Assembly (NCBI RefSeq): GCF_006345805.1
Contig: NC_043024.1
Location: forward strand, 18,600,001 to 18,664,000
Direction: 5' to 3'
DNA: 64,000 nt
Source: Octopus sinensis
Lineage: Eukaryota
The notes under the pieces were generated by a model. It saw nothing but the letters and a program-made list of their open reading frames with translations, had not been told where the DNA came from and did no database searches. A program made the translations under genes and the position numbers. Shown here piece after piece: positions 63,401-64,000 of this stretch (positions are counted from its first letter, which is position 1; each line of letters opens with the position of its first letter).

Positions 63401-64000
63401 TGAAATTTTGACGGAAGGTTTTAATTTAAACTACTTCAAAATATAAAGTTTGTATTTAAGGATCAGAGGCAGATTCAGGTGGGTTGTTTCAAGATGGTTA
63501 AACAGAGAAAGTTGTATAAGGTTAAGGTGGGACTGAACCCGGAACCATGTGGTTCGTAAGCAAGCTACTTACCACATAATGGAGAATTTACAAAAATAAT
63601 TTTATCATTGTTAAGCTGGTGTTTTAAATTGATCTAAAGTGAGAATTTCAAATTTGATCTCTTTAAAGCAGAAAGTTTGTATCGTAGCTCTAGGGGTGGT
63701 CTTGAGCAGGCTGGTACCAAAACCATTAACATTTTTGTTAGCTCACTTATTAAGATACTTTCTTCAGATTTTTCTATAAAAATTGTTGCCAGCACCGATT
63801 TTGTTATAATATTTTGTATCCAAGATGCCAGATGTAAACAACAATGAGATCAAAGATGAAAAACTGGTAAAGAGTGTGTATGTCATGTTTCAACACGACA
63901 TCCAACCCATTAATACTCCACAAACTTGGTACTTAAATAGCCATTAAATATAGCGGTGTAACATTATTGCCACTAAATTCCTGTTGGAATACATTACTTT

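Overview
Eukaryotic, very AT-rich, repeat-dominated DNA. The SINE families and the density of (TA)n, (CA)n and (CAT)n tracts suggest a cephalopod such as Octopus (inference). No complete intact protein-coding gene is visible; nearly all supplied ORFs are microsatellite translations or decayed transposon fragments. Recognisable content: several tRNA-derived SINE families; a modular element family with an RTE-like tail; mariner/Tc1 relics and MITEs; Helitron relics and non-autonomous Helitrons; Gypsy relics and a solo LTR; a CR1-type LINE 3' fragment; an RLE-type (HERO/NeSL-like) LINE 3' end; a decayed Penelope-like element (RT + GIY-YIG); two isolated candidate host exons; one 100-N gap. The main unexplained signal is a set of about ten type I hammerhead-ribozyme (HHR) motifs, folded by hand. 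They come from several sequence-unrelated short non-coding cassettes, many arranged as inverted repeats and sitting next to (TA)n tracts. Three have canonical cores and good stems (59876-59977 +, 60526-60564 -, 37965-38053 -); the rest are variant or decayed. All family assignments are from motif recognition, with no database searches run.
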